NCBI RefSeq assembly: GCF_036971445.1
Contig: NC_091470.1
Span: 203,608,001 to 203,672,000 of the forward strand
Direction of reading: 5' to 3'
DNA: 64,000 bases
DNA from: Narcine bancroftii
Lineage: Eukaryota
Shown here: piece after piece, positions 47,716 to 60,900 of the stretch
How the letters are laid out: every line of letters begins with the position of its first letter
Position numbering within the stretch: position 1 is the stretch's first letter
Notes under the pieces: model-generated
Seen by the model: only the letters and a program-made list of their open reading frames with translations
Told to the model about the DNA's origin: nothing
Database searches by the model: none
Program-made: the position numbers and the translations under genes

Positions 47716-50329
47716 TCAGAAACACCACCTCCCTGTCCCTCAACTCCCACAGGATGGGAACTGCTCTGCTCGACGTTTGAAAAAGCTTTCGGAAGGTGGT
47801 GAATGCAGCTCACAACATCACACAAACTTCCCTCCCGTCTTCAGAACACGTCAAGGAAACACAGCCAACACGGTGAATCAGAATTTATTATTATGATCAC
47901 GTCATGCAATCTGTTGTTTCGTGGCAGCGCAAACATTTCTAAAAAAAATAAATTAGCACAAAAGAAGAGGCAGTGTCTGTGCTTCATTGTCCATTCAGAG
48001 TTTTGACAGTGGAGGGGAAGAAGCTGTCCATGTACCATTGAGTGTCTGTCTTCAGGCTCCTGGACCCCTTGCACCACAGATGCGCTTCCTCCTCCCATTG
48101 GGGAGAAGGGTGTGAAATCACGCACCAGCAGGCTAAAAGAGAAATGCCGAAGTCTGCAGACGCTGCGATTATAGTAAAAACTCAGTAGAAGTTGGAGGAA
48201 CTCAGCCGGACTTGCAGCATCCGCAGGAGGTAATGAGATATTACCGACTTTTCGGGCCTGAGCCCTTCCTCGAGGGATAAGCAAAGAACAGACGGGCGTC
48301 TGCTTCCTTGTGTTTTTAATCAGAAAGATTTGCAGGCAGTTTCTTCCCTGCAGCCATTGGGCTCCTAAATAAACCCCACAACAGTGCTATCACGTGGCCC
48401 TTGTCTGGTGCTAATTGTTCTGCCTTTTTTGTTCCAATGCTGTGCAAAGGATGCAACAACCTGTTAGTTGGCTTGCAGAAGTACCCTTCTCACGGTGCCA
48501 GGTAAAATTTGTATGCATTTACCCCCAGGAAAAGACAGCAGAGAATTGTGAACTCAGCCAGCGCCATCACAGGTATCAGTCTCCACCCCGATAAGGACAT
48601 CTTTAAGAGGCAGTGGCTTAAGAAAGCAGCCTCAAAGACCCCACCTCCCAGGCTGTACTCTCCTCACACTGCTACCATCAGGAAGGAGGTCCAGGAGCCT
48701 GAAGACAAGCACTCAGCAGCACAAGGACAGCTCCTTCCCCTCCACCATCAGATTCCTGAACAGAATGACATGCATTTTTTTTCCTTCTTTTCACTCGTTA
48801 TTTATTTTTAAGTATTATATTTACATAAATGTGATTTACAGCAACTTTGCACCTTGTTCTGCACAATATTGCTACCACAAAACAAATTTAGTGAAGTGTT
48901 CACAGCAACAAACGGGTTTCTGATTCTTGAAGAGTCGCAAAGTTAGAAACTCTTCACCTGAATTTGACCACAGCAGGAAGTCCAGATCATTCCATGCCGA
49001 CCGCAATGATTGAGGATTTAACGTCAGCCAGGAGGACGGGAAGCAGCCTAGCCAGCCTACATGCGATCTTTCAGATCTGTCACAGCTGGGAGACAAAGGC
49101 TCGCGAGGGTCCATCAGAAGTTTGGCCCATGGCTCCCCCAAAAGAGGTGGGCTCGAATCCATGCTTTCCAGATCTTAGTATTTACTGTCATGAAGATGCG
49201 TCACAAAATTCACTGTTTTGCAGCAGCGTTACGTGCAAAATCGCCACAAATTCTATTTTAAAATGAATTAGTGCAAAAGAAATGAAAATGAGATAGCGTC
49301 TCTAGTTCATCGTTAAATCAGGATTCTGATAGCGGTGGGGAAGAAGATGTCCTTGTCCTGAGGGCTCATCTTCAGGCTCTATCTACCTCCTTTCCTTCCC
49401 GATGGTAGCAGTGTGAAGAGGGCACGGCCTGGGTGGTGGGGGTCCTGGAGGATGGAGGCTGCTTTTGGAAGGCACTGCCTCTCGTGGATGTCCTCGATGG
49501 AGAGAAGATTGATGCCCGTGATGGCGCAGGCTGGGTTCACGATTCTTTGTGATCTATTCTGACACAGAAGCAAGAAAATGTGAACTGTCAGGCCCTCCAG
49601 GGGCAAAGCCTGGCAACAAAATCAATAGCTTATCCTGCCGAGGAAGAGTGGAAAAAAAATAAAACCTGCCAGTGAATTTGGGCAGCGTTTTTTTGAAAAA
49701 AAAAAGAAAATCCCCCAGGGCACGACTAATTAATGTAAAGAAACCAGGCAGGCAGTTCAGAAACGGAGCGCTGCACAGGAGAGCTGTCTTCTTGAACAAG
49801 TTACTCCCAGAGCGTGAGGAAAGAGGTTCTTTGCAAAGTGCAGAAGAAAGTACAACTTAAATAAAAGACCTAAGTCTTTGAAAGCAGAAAGGAAAAAAAG
49901 GGAGACAATACAAATTAATCTTGGAGAGTTAGCAGAGGAAGGGGGAGAGGGAGAGGATGGGGACAGAGCAGGGAAGGGGAAGAGGGGTGGAGAAAGGGGA
50001 GAGGACAGAGGAGGGAGGGAGAGAAGAGTGTGATGGGGAGGGAGTAAGGAAGCAGTGGGAGAGGATGGGGAAAGGGGAGGGAGGGAGGGGATGGGGACAG
50101 GGGAGGGAAGGGGAGGCAGAAGAGAGAGTAGGAAGGAAGGGGAGAGAGGGAGGGGATGGTGAGAGGGGAGGCAGAGGGAGTAGGAAGGGACAGAGGAAAG
50201 AGAAGGAGGAAGAGGTGCAGATAGAAAGGGGAGAGAGGGAGGGGACAGGGGAGGGAGGGATGAAGCAGAGAGGGGAGGGGGGGGGAAGATCCCCTCTCCC
50301 CACCAGCGCGACCCAGAATCCCCCTCCCC

Positions 50330-51950
50330 CACTAGTTACTTGGTTAACACACCATGTGACACAGCCCTAACTAGTTAACCGGCGGCTTATTATGGGATGC
50401 ACCGTCCCCCTGGCAACGGGAGGGGCTGACGTCAATCTGAGCATGAGCACTGATTAATTTTCCACCTCTCCCCCCCTCACATCATCGCCAGTGAGGGGGG
50501 GCGATGGCGGAAAATATTTTGGACGCCATGTTCCCTTCCCCTTCCACATTAAAACATTTTATTTTGCGCGCAGGGGGTCCGGGCCAGTCTTGAACTTTTG
50601 GAAAATTTCGCGTGTCGTTAGGAGGGGAACTTTATCTCAGTGGCGGGGTTTTTTTGGGGGGGTTTTGATTCTCTCGCTCTTTTCTTCCCCCCTCTCTCTG
50701 CCGGGGGTGGGGGTTGTGCAGCGGGGGCCCCATGGCGTCCCCCCCGAGGCCGGGCGGACGGGATGAGGAGGACGAGGACATGGACGAGGAGGAGGAGGAG
50801 GAGCAGCAACAGCAGGACGGCGGCGGCCGCCGTTTCCCGCCAGCGGCAGGTCAGAGCGAGCGAGCGAGCGAGCGCGCGCGCGGGGTGGTGGGGGGGAGGA
50901 GGGAGCCTGCGCGCGCCACCCAAGCATCCGCGCACCGCATCCCCTTTCTTCTCCAAATTCCTCCCCCCGCCCCCCTGCAGCCGCGACCCGATGCACGGCA
51001 CGGGGCCTGCTGCACTCAGCGTTTTGCACCATTCGGTTGCCCTACCTCCTTCCTCTTCCCCCCCCCCCACATCCTCCCTCTTCCCCCCCCACCTCCTCCC
51101 TCTTCCCCCACCCCCCCACCTCCTCCTTCCCTTTACCGCCGCCTCCACCATCTTACGCCGTCTGCCTGCTTCAGGCCGCGCCGGGCCCGTCACTCACCCC
51201 CTGCAGTTCGCGCCCGCACCGGGCCCGACCAATCCCCTTGTAGCCCGCCGCCTGGTGCTGCTCATCCCCCCCCCCCCCGCCTCCCCCCACCTCTTCCCCT
51301 GGATCTCGCGCCGCCGGTGCCCGTCAATCTCCATGGAGGCCGCGGCGGGCCGGCCAATCCCCATGTAGCTCGCGCCGGTGCCCGTCACCCATTAATTTCC
51401 ACCCCCCCCCTTCCTTTGGCGCTCGCACCGAGGCTGACCAATCCCATTGGAGCCCGTCAATCTCTCTGCAGCTCGGGCCGGGCCCGGGTGCCGACCAATC
51501 CCGGGGCGCGGAGTTGGGGGAGGGGGGTCGGCCAACCGCCGCCTCCCTCTCGCTCCCGCCCGCATTCCCTCCGCTCGAGCCGCCGCGCCTGTCACTCAAA
51601 CCAGGGCAGCCGGTGCGGCGTTGCCCCGACCCCTTCGTCTCCGGTCCCGCTCCTCGCTTTGCTTCTGGATGCGTTTATTCTCTCTCTCTAATCGCGCGCG
51701 ACAAAATTTTAATTTTGTTGCTTGGGTGCAGCCATTTCTTTTTGTAAATGGGTCCCTCTTCTCCCCACCCCTCCCCCCCGATACACCCGGTTACTGGGCT
51801 TTGGAGAGTGAGGGTGGTGGAATTTTCCAGCCTTCTCGGTGTCGGGGCCGCCGCCATTGCCGCGCAGGCGCACCGGCGTTAACCCCCAGCCGCCGCGCAT
51901 GCGCGCCACAGGCCGGTGCTGGCATTTAACCCATTCGGCAGTACCGGCCG
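50330..51950 (+). promoter_or_regulatory. CHD3 CpG island and promoter region
   Basis: CpG-dense; CRE palindrome TGACGTCA 50427-50434; X-box-like GTCCCCCTGGCAAC 50404-50417; CCAAT cluster 51229-51499; NRF1-type GCGCATGCGC 51895-51904. Confidence 0.7.
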
Positions 51951-54900
51951 TTCCTCTTCTCTCCCTCAGTCATCTCTCTCTCTTTCTCTTCCCACACCCC
52001 CCGCCCTCCCCGGTTTATTCTCTCTCTCTTTCCCACCCCCAATCTCCCAGGGGACATTCTGACCACTCTTTCCCGCCCCTTGGCCCTCATGAGGTGCCTG
52101 ACCCCTTAATCTTTCTCCCCAGTGCCCTCCTGACCCCTTGATGTGCTTCTATTTCCAGGAGCTTGTGAAACCTCTTTCTTCATCGTGAATGATCGAACTA
52201 CGAAGTGCAATGTTGTAGAGGCTGCGCACGTGTGTGTGTGATTGTGGAGTGCTCTCTCAATGCTGTGAGCAGTGCTGGGCAGCTGCTGTGCACTGTGATC
52301 GTGTTCAACATGAGTAGCTGTTCACAGTTTTACTTCTTGTCTCTCCTGATATCATTGAGTGGTTTTTCATGTTGTGTCAGTCAAGCCAGAGGCTAAATTC
52401 ACTGCTGTTAATCTATAAAATTAACTCGAGGGGTTAAAATGTAACCACTCAGCTGCTGTTTTGCTGATTCTGAATTCCCACTGAGGAGAGAACCTATCAC
52501 TGCTACCCAGATCCGACATGTGAATTGTAGTACAGTCACAGACCAGGGAGTTCCCTGTACACTCGTACTTCGGGGCAAGAACAGCATAGCTTCGACACAG
52601 TGAAGCTCTCTCTGCACTGTCCCATCACACACTCCCAGGGCACGGGATAGACACAGGATGAAGCTCCCTCCACACTGTACCATCACTGTAACTCCTTGAA
52701 CACTGTTCTGTCACACACTCACAGGACACGGATTAGACGTGGAGTGAAACTCCGTCTGCATTGTTCGATTGTACACTCCCAGAGCTGGAACAACGTGAGT
52801 TAGACCTGGAATAAACCTCTCTCGCATTACACACTCTTGGGGTGGGACAGTACAGGTTAGCTGCAGAGTAAAACTCTCTCCTCACTATCCCATCACACAC
52901 TCCTGGGGCAGGGATAGCACCGGTTAGATAGAGATCAAAGTCCTCTCTCTGCCATCCTGTCTCACACACTAGATCAGGGACAGCAGAGGTTAAATACGAT
53001 TAAATACCATTCCGTCAGGTGCTCCTGGGGCAGGTACATGGCACATTTTATCAATGGTGATGTCATGGTTTCCAATCTATTGAGCATGCTTGTTAACAAT
53101 GCAGCTCGTCCCTTTGGCCATTAACAAAATCATGTGCGCCTTTCCCAAAACTTCATGGGAAGCTGCTGATTCTACTTGCTTCTGGTTGCAGAAGAAAATA
53201 TAGAAGAAATCATCGAAGGTCATTCTGAAGGTGTGAAAAAGAAACGAAAGAAATTTTTGAAAAAACTGAAAGAAAACAAACCAGCTAAAACTAAAAAGCG
53301 GAAGAGACTGGTGAGTGATATTTGATAAATATCTGGGAAGAGCACATTTATTTGTTCAGGACACAAAAGTACTGAAGCAACTCAGCAGGTCAGGCAGCAT
53401 CCAGAGGAAGTAAAAAGGCAGTTGACGTTTCGAGCCTGAGCCCTCCTGATGAAGGACTCTGGCCTAAAATAGTGGCTACCTTTTACTTCCTTTGGACTCT
53501 GCATGATCAGAGTAAGCATATCATGTGCAAGAGGAGAAACACACAAATTATCAGAGAATCACAAGTTGTATTGTCGATAGAGTGGCACGGTTGGTGTAAC
53601 AGTTAGCGCAAAGCCTTTACAATGCCAGCGATTGAAACCAAACTGGGGTTTGATTCCTGTGCTGTATGCAAGAAGTTTCTACGTACTTCCCGTGTCTATG
53701 TGGGTTTTCTCCAGGGGGGCTCCAGTTTCCTCCCAATATTCAGAAATGTACTTGAGGTGTACGTTAACGGGGTGTAAATTTGGTGGCATGGACTTGTGGG
53801 CCGAAATGGCCTGTTGGTGTCCTGTATGTTTAAATTTTAAAAAAGTGTCACGAAATTCCTGCCTTGGCGTCCCTCACCGCCCATCCCTGCATCTCTTCCG
53901 TGACTCTACTGAAATGCGGTATGAAATCTTGGACCCCAACTACCATGTTCTAACTATGTTTTACTGTACGATCCTACCACATTCCAGTCATACCCCTTCA
54001 CGGCAGTGTTCCTTTCTATCGTTCAGAATCCATACTCTGGACCGTAATGAATATCCCCGCCGACTGGCCAAGTATCCATCACTATTGGCGCTCAACTTCC
54101 ACGACACTAAACCAACAAATGACTTGGAGCACCACAAAGAGACCGCCGGGCCTTCAGTGTACACACAGGCATGGTGCTTCCCACAGGACAAACTCCTCCA
54201 AGCCAAGAGCAAGTTCGTTGCCATGGAGGAGTTGGGCATCGTTCGCCATTCAAACAACCCCTGGTGTTTCCACTGCATGTGGGAGGTCCAGAAGAACTCT
54301 GGTGGTTGGCGACTTAAAGACGCTACTGTCCCAGATAGATACCCCATCCCACACATGCAGAATTTTGCCATGAGGCTCCAGGGGATCTGGATTTTCTCCA
54401 AGGTGGATCTTGTCAAAGGGTACCATCAGATTCTGGTGTATCCCAACGACATCCCGAAAGCAGCCATTATTACACCTTTTGGCCATTGAGTTCCTTTGGA
54501 TGCCTTTTGGACTAAAGAATGCAGCTCAGATGTTTCAGCGTCTCATGGACGTGGTTGGCAGGGACCTTGATTTCATCTTTGTCTATCTGGGTGACATTCT
54601 CTTCGCCAATTCCGACGCCAGCACACACAGGACGCACCTGACTCGCCTTTTCGACAGGTTGCAAAAGTTCAGACTCTCGGTAAACCTGGCTAAGTGCCAT
54701 TTTGGCCTGGAAACGATTGATTTCCTAGGACACCGTATCAGGAGGGGCCACACTACTGCCAGATAAGGTGGAGCCATCTAACGTTTCCCCAGGCTGAGCA
54801 CAATCAAAGGTCTACAGGAATTCCTAGGGATGGTGAACTTCTATCGTTTCCTCACGGGAGCAGCTACCCTTATGCAACCCCTATTTGAACTCTGTGGAAG

Positions 54901-57900
54901 CATTCCAGGCAACCAAAGTGGCACTAGCAGAAGCCACATCTTTGGCCCAACCAGATTCTTCCTCCCCTGGCCCTTACAACAGAAGTATCAGACAGAGCAT
55001 TCAGTGCGGTGTTGGAGCAGTGGGTCAATGAACAGTGACTCCCACGGCTTTCTTCAGGAAACATTTCCGGACACCAGAACTCCAATGCAGCACGTTTGAC
55101 TGTGAGCTGTTGGCCCTGTACCTGGCAATACCACATTTCTGGTACATGTTAGAAGGAAGGGTTTTTGATGCATACACAGACCACTCACCCATGCACACAG
55201 CAAGGTCTTCGACCTATGGTTAGCGAGGCAACGACGACACCTCTCCTACATTTTGAAGTATACAATGGACATTTGCCACATCGCAGGCAAAACCAACGTA
55301 GTTGCTGATGCGCCATCCAGACCAGACATCACTGCTACCTTAGAGGAATCGGACTCTCAACTGGCCAAAGACTAAGCGGAGGATGCAGATATCCAGGCCT
55401 ACCGGACCACATCAGCTTGAAGGTTAGCGATTTCTGTCCACCGGGGAGCTCGGCTTTACAGTGCAATATGTCCACAGGCTTCCCCAGACCCATCCTACTT
55501 GCGACCTGACGAAGGTGGGTGTTCGACCAAATTCACAGCCTGTCACATCCTTCTATAAGGCCCGTGGTCCGCCTGGTGTCTGACAAATTTGTGTGGTATG
55601 GCCTCTGCTGCAATGTAACCCTAAGGGCTCAGACTTGTTTGGACTGTCAATGCACCAAAGTGCACAGACACACCAAGGCCCTGGTCCAGAGTTTCGACTC
55701 GATGCAGTGTCGTTTTGTCCATCATTGGACTGTTCCCTGTGAGCTAAGATGTGCGCTATTTACTCACAGAAATCGACCGTTTTACCTGTTGGCCGGAAGT
55801 GATACCCCTGCCCATATGCAACACAGAGACTTGCGCCAGAGCTTTCTTGTCCACCTGGGTCACACGCCTTGGAGTCCCGACCCACATCATCTCCGACTGA
55901 GGGGCCCAGTTCATGTCCTCACTCTGGGCCAACCTAGCCAAGTTCTGCAGCAGCCAGTTACTCCACACCACCACCTACGTCCTCAGGCAAACGGACGTCA
56001 AACGTTTCAACCACCACCTAAAAACAGCTCTGAAAGCTCGACTACTAGGCCCTAATCGGATGGACAATTTTCTATGGGTGCTGTTAGGAATTCGCTCAGC
56101 ACCAAAAGACCTACTGGCATCATCTGCATGGATGGTGTACGGCTCATGGGACATTCACTTCAGCCCTCCTGGCCCACAACCCAGTACTCTAGACGTCCTC
56201 CAGCGATTGAGGGAACAAATGGGCAAACAGAAAGCTCTGCCACCTTCCCGACATGGCTCTCCACTCTGCCATGTCCCGGCAAACTTGCGATCCATCACAT
56301 TTGAAGAGGACAGCAAGGATGTTGGCGGGCGGCAGGACAGGTTTATCATTGACTGCCTCAAGGCAGTGCATCTGGGCTCAGGCCAACCTGTCCCGGATCC
56401 CCAGGTCAGATACAGGCCGCCTGCCCAAAGACAGTATGGTGATTTGTTCGAAGGGTGGCAGCGATTTTGGGGAGGGGGGGGGTGGCCAGCCAGTGGTATA
56501 GTGGGCCGAGCGACTGGGATGAATCGCCACCCCTGTCTGACACAAGATGGCGCAAGGTTCCCTTCTGAGAAGAAGCCCGTGGTTGGTGACAAGGATTCCC
56601 TGGGGGACAGCGCTGCTTCCTGGTTGTGTGCCACTGGATAGATAGTAACGCTGATGCCACTCCCGAAGGCCAGCACACACCTCTCAGGAAATGGGCGGTC
56701 CCCGAGCAGCGCGAGGAATTCAAAATAAAGTCCAATTGCTGGTTCACCCTTGTGCTGTGTGGACAACTCTCATTTCAATAGCACTTCCGTTAGCAGACAC
56801 TACAGCTTTATATTTCCAACTGCTGCTGAGGCATCAACAATATCGACTTCACCACTTTTCTCACTCATTCCAATTTCAAACCCTTGGGATGTCTGACTCT
56901 CCGCACTAAACCCAACCTCCCCATCAAATCTGCAGACAAGTCTGGCACACTGACCTCGATTTGGCCAAAGCCAAATGGCAACTCGCAGACTCCTCCTTAT
57001 TTGCCCACTAACAGGGCCCCACCAAAACTTATCAAACCACTGTATCAAGCACCATCTCTGAACATCACTTCCAGTCACCTCGTTGGCACAACCTCCATCA
57101 TTATTGTTTCCCAACCCTGCACCAATTGTTTCTATCTCCTACCTAAGATCCATAAACCCAATTGCCCCAGCAGTTGGGGCATCATGTCCGTGTGCTCCTG
57201 CCCCACTGAATTGGTTTCCGCTTGCCTCAACTCTGTTTTGTCCCCTGTTCCAGTACCTCCCACCTGCATCCAGGACACTTTACATGTCCTCCATCGCTTC
57301 AACAACTTACAGTTCCCTGAACTCAGTCATGTCACATTTACCCCAGTCATTCAATAACTATGCACCTTTATTCCCCCAAATCGAAGGCTTCAAAGCCCTT
57401 TGTTTCTTTCAATAGACCCAACTATCCTCCTCCACCACCACCCTCTGGCTGGCAGAACTTGTCCTTCCCCTCAATAATTTCTCCTTTGACATTCCAATTT
57501 CTCCAGGTTAAAGGGGTAGCCATAGGTTCTCACTTGGGCCTAGCTATGTCTGCTTTTTTGTTAGCTACATAGAGCAGTCCATGCTACAAGCCTAACAGGT
57601 GAGGCCTTTGACATAAATTGTTACTTTGGGGCTGCTTCATGCACCCATGATGAGCTTGACAACATCATCCACTTGGCTGCCAACTTTCACCTTGACCTCA
57701 TTCACTTGGTTCATCTCTAGCAACACTCTCCCTTTCCTCGATCTCTCTCCATTTCGGAAGACAAATTCTTGACCGACATCTGCCAAGCTTCCAGCTTCTA
57801 TAGCTACCTTGACTTCAGCTTTTCAAACCCATGTAAGGATTCCATTCTCTTCTCTCAATTCCTCTGTTTCTGTCGCATCTGTTCCCAGTATGCGATCTTC

Positions 57901-60900
57901 CATGCCAGATAATTAGAGAGGACCTCCTTCATCAAACTGGTTTTTCCTTTGCCACCGTCATCTCGGACCTCACCTGCATATCCGCGGAACAAGGGCAGGA
58001 TTCCCCTTGTCCTCACCAGCCTCTTGTCTCCAACATATCCTCTTCTGCCTTATGCTACACGATCCCACCACTAGACGTGTATTCCCCTCTGCCTTCTTCA
58101 GGAACTGTTGTCTCTCTGACTTCCTTGTTCACTCCTCCCTCCCAGCAAATCATCCCCATGGCATCTACCTCTGTGACCACAGGAGATACTCCAAATGAAA
58201 ATACTGTTTCGCTTTTATGTGTTCAGTATGGAAATGACAATAAAATGACTATGACCCATACATCCTCCCTCACCACTATTCGGGCCTCAGACCTTCCAAG
58301 TGAAGCAACATCACGCATGCCCATCTTCTGTGGGCCAAATGGACTGTGCTTTGCATTTATGTTTTCTGCCTGGCATGTTGGCTGTACAATCTGAATGTGT
58401 AAGTAAGAATATGCCTGTTTTTGCTTGACTTGGCTTTGGGGCCGACTACTATTCTGCTTCGTCCCATCAACCTGCTGTTGTGGGTGAGGAAACAGGTTTG
58501 GTAGCTCTCAAAGGCAAGGACTCTGGTCATAGGTTTGGTAGCTCTCAAAGGCAAGGACTCTGGTCATAGGTCTGGTAGGGAAGGATTTCATTTACAGGAG
58601 GCAAGCGTGGGAAATGATAACAGATGCATCAAACGTGTTAAGTTCTCCCAAATCTTCTGCTTATTCCTTGAAGAACGGCTCAGGCCTGAAATATTGGCAA
58701 TATATCTTAGTCTCCTATAGACACTGACAGACAAGCTGACTTCCTCCAGCATTTTTCTGTATTTTTACTACAGTCACAGCATCTGCAGACTTTAGTGTTT
58801 CACTCCCTTTAAACACTTCTCCTTTCACCCTTAGCCCATGTTCTCTAGTTTTTACTTCACCTGATCTTGGTGGAAAAAGCCTGCTTGCCTTTTATGTGTA
58901 CCCCAAATAATTTTCTATATAGCTATCAAATCTCCCCTCCTTCTTTGCTGCTCCAGAGAATAAAGTTTTAACCTGTTCAATCTTTCTCTGTAACTCAGTT
59001 ACTCCAGTTCTGGTTACTCTGAATGATCTGTGTTTGGAGCCTTGGTGGATATACTTTTATATATAAAAAAAAACCTGAATCTGAATACTGGATGTTGGGG
59101 AATCTAATTTAAATGTTTGACTCCACAGTTGGACGTAGGCCTGACAGCTGAGAGCAAGCAGGAGATTTCCTTCCCCCAAGGACATTAGTGAACTCTCTTG
59201 GCCTTAATGCATGTTCCCAACAATGGTCCCATGGTACTTGAAGATTTTAGACGAGCACGAAAAACACCATTGCAGAGAAGACCATGTTCAGTGCTGGCAA
59301 ATGGGATCAGTGTAGATTTGTTTAAGACCTGGCATGGACAAGGAATGGAGGGCTTTTTTCCTGTGTATAATTCTATGACTAACATTAGAACATTACACCA
59401 CAATACAGGCCCACAATATATACCTTGCCAAAGAAAATTAAACCCTCCACACCTTGTAACCCTTTTTCTTTCATCCATGTGCCTGTCTAAGAGTCTCTTA
59501 AATGCCTTTCTCTGCCTCCACCCCTGGCAATGCATTGCAAGCACCCACAACTCTATTTAAAAAATTTTTTTTACCCCTGACATCTCCCTTAAACTTTCCT
59601 CCCTCCACTTTGTACAGATGTCCTCTGTTGTTTGCTACTCATGCCCTGTGAAAAAGATGCTGGCTGTCTACCTTAACTGTGCTTCTCAGAATCTTGTAGA
59701 CCTCTATGAAGTCGCCTTTCATTCTTTAAAGTAAAAAGCCCTTGCTCTGCTAACCTTACCTCCTGTTGATGAGTTCTCCAATCCAGGCAACATCCTGGTA
59801 AATCTCCTCTCCACCTTCTCCAAAGCATCCACATCCTACCTGTAATGAAGCAACCAGACCTGAAGGCCTAAATGCCTATTATTTGTCAGCATCTTTCTGC
59901 AGCTGGCTGGCAGTGGAAACAAATGTTGACAACTTTGGTGACTCTTCCTAAAGACCAGTGATAGGAAACAAAAAACACTTTGTTGAAGAAACACAACGGG
60001 TCACATGTAACATATAGATACATAAATCAATGTTTTGGGCCTGAGCCCTTCATCTAAGTATAAGTAAAATATTGGCAGGTGCCTGAATAAAATGGTAGAG
60101 GGCAGGGGGAGGAGCGCAGGCGAAGTAGTAGGTGGATAAAGGAGGGAGGGCGCCCCACTTATCCACCAAGTAGGGTGAGGAGGGATGGCTCTGAATGGAG
60201 AGAGAATGGGGTGGAGAGATGGAGGAAAGGGATAGGGAAGAGAGGGAGAACAGGCAGTGGTCTAGCATAAACTGGAGAAGTTGGTTAATGCCACCCAATT
60301 GGACAGTGCCCAGATGGAATATTTGGTGTTGCTCCTCCAATTTGGGGGTGGCCTTGGTTTGGCAGTGCATGAGACATGAACAGACATGTCGGTGTGGGAG
60401 TGGGGCGTAGAATTGAAATGGTTGGCCACTGGGAGATCCCTGTCATTGGCTGCTGTGGATCCTTCTGAGCTCGAGCATTTTTGTGTTTATCTATAACCAC
60501 AGGGTCAGCAGACTGGTGTTTCACTTCTGTCCCTCGATTTGGTTTATTGCATTGTTGTGGGGTTTGGATGGTACTCGAGAGGCCAGCATTTATGATCCAT
60601 CCCTAATTTTCCTTATGATTATAGTGTTGGGCTGCCTAACGAGCTGCTGCTGTCTTTCTGGTGGAGGGAGGCCCACTGTGCTATTGGATGGGGAAATTCC
60701 AGCATCTGCCATTGAGATGCGATGTGGAAACGAGCCCATCAAAGCCAGGCTGATCATTATACATCCATTTCCACTAATCTGATGTTAATCTGTTTTTGTC
60801 CAACTCTCCATATTCCCAGCAACTCTTCTCCAGAATATAGCACTCACCTACACACTGGGGTTAACTTGTAGTGGCTCTTATACAGGGTGTCGGTGGAATC

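Noticed and set aside
52160-52480. Possible C/D-type scaRNA or snoRNA in CHD3 intron 1 (GU repeat, terminal CTGA)
   Set aside because: No canonical RUGAUGA C box or convincing terminal stem; an Infernal/Rfam search would be needed.
53632-54489. 285-aa SINE-Gypsy fusion ORF
   Set aside because: Chance read-through from a SINE into degenerate pol with a non-ATG start; the downstream RT is frameshifted and its catalytic motif is mutated (YLGD).
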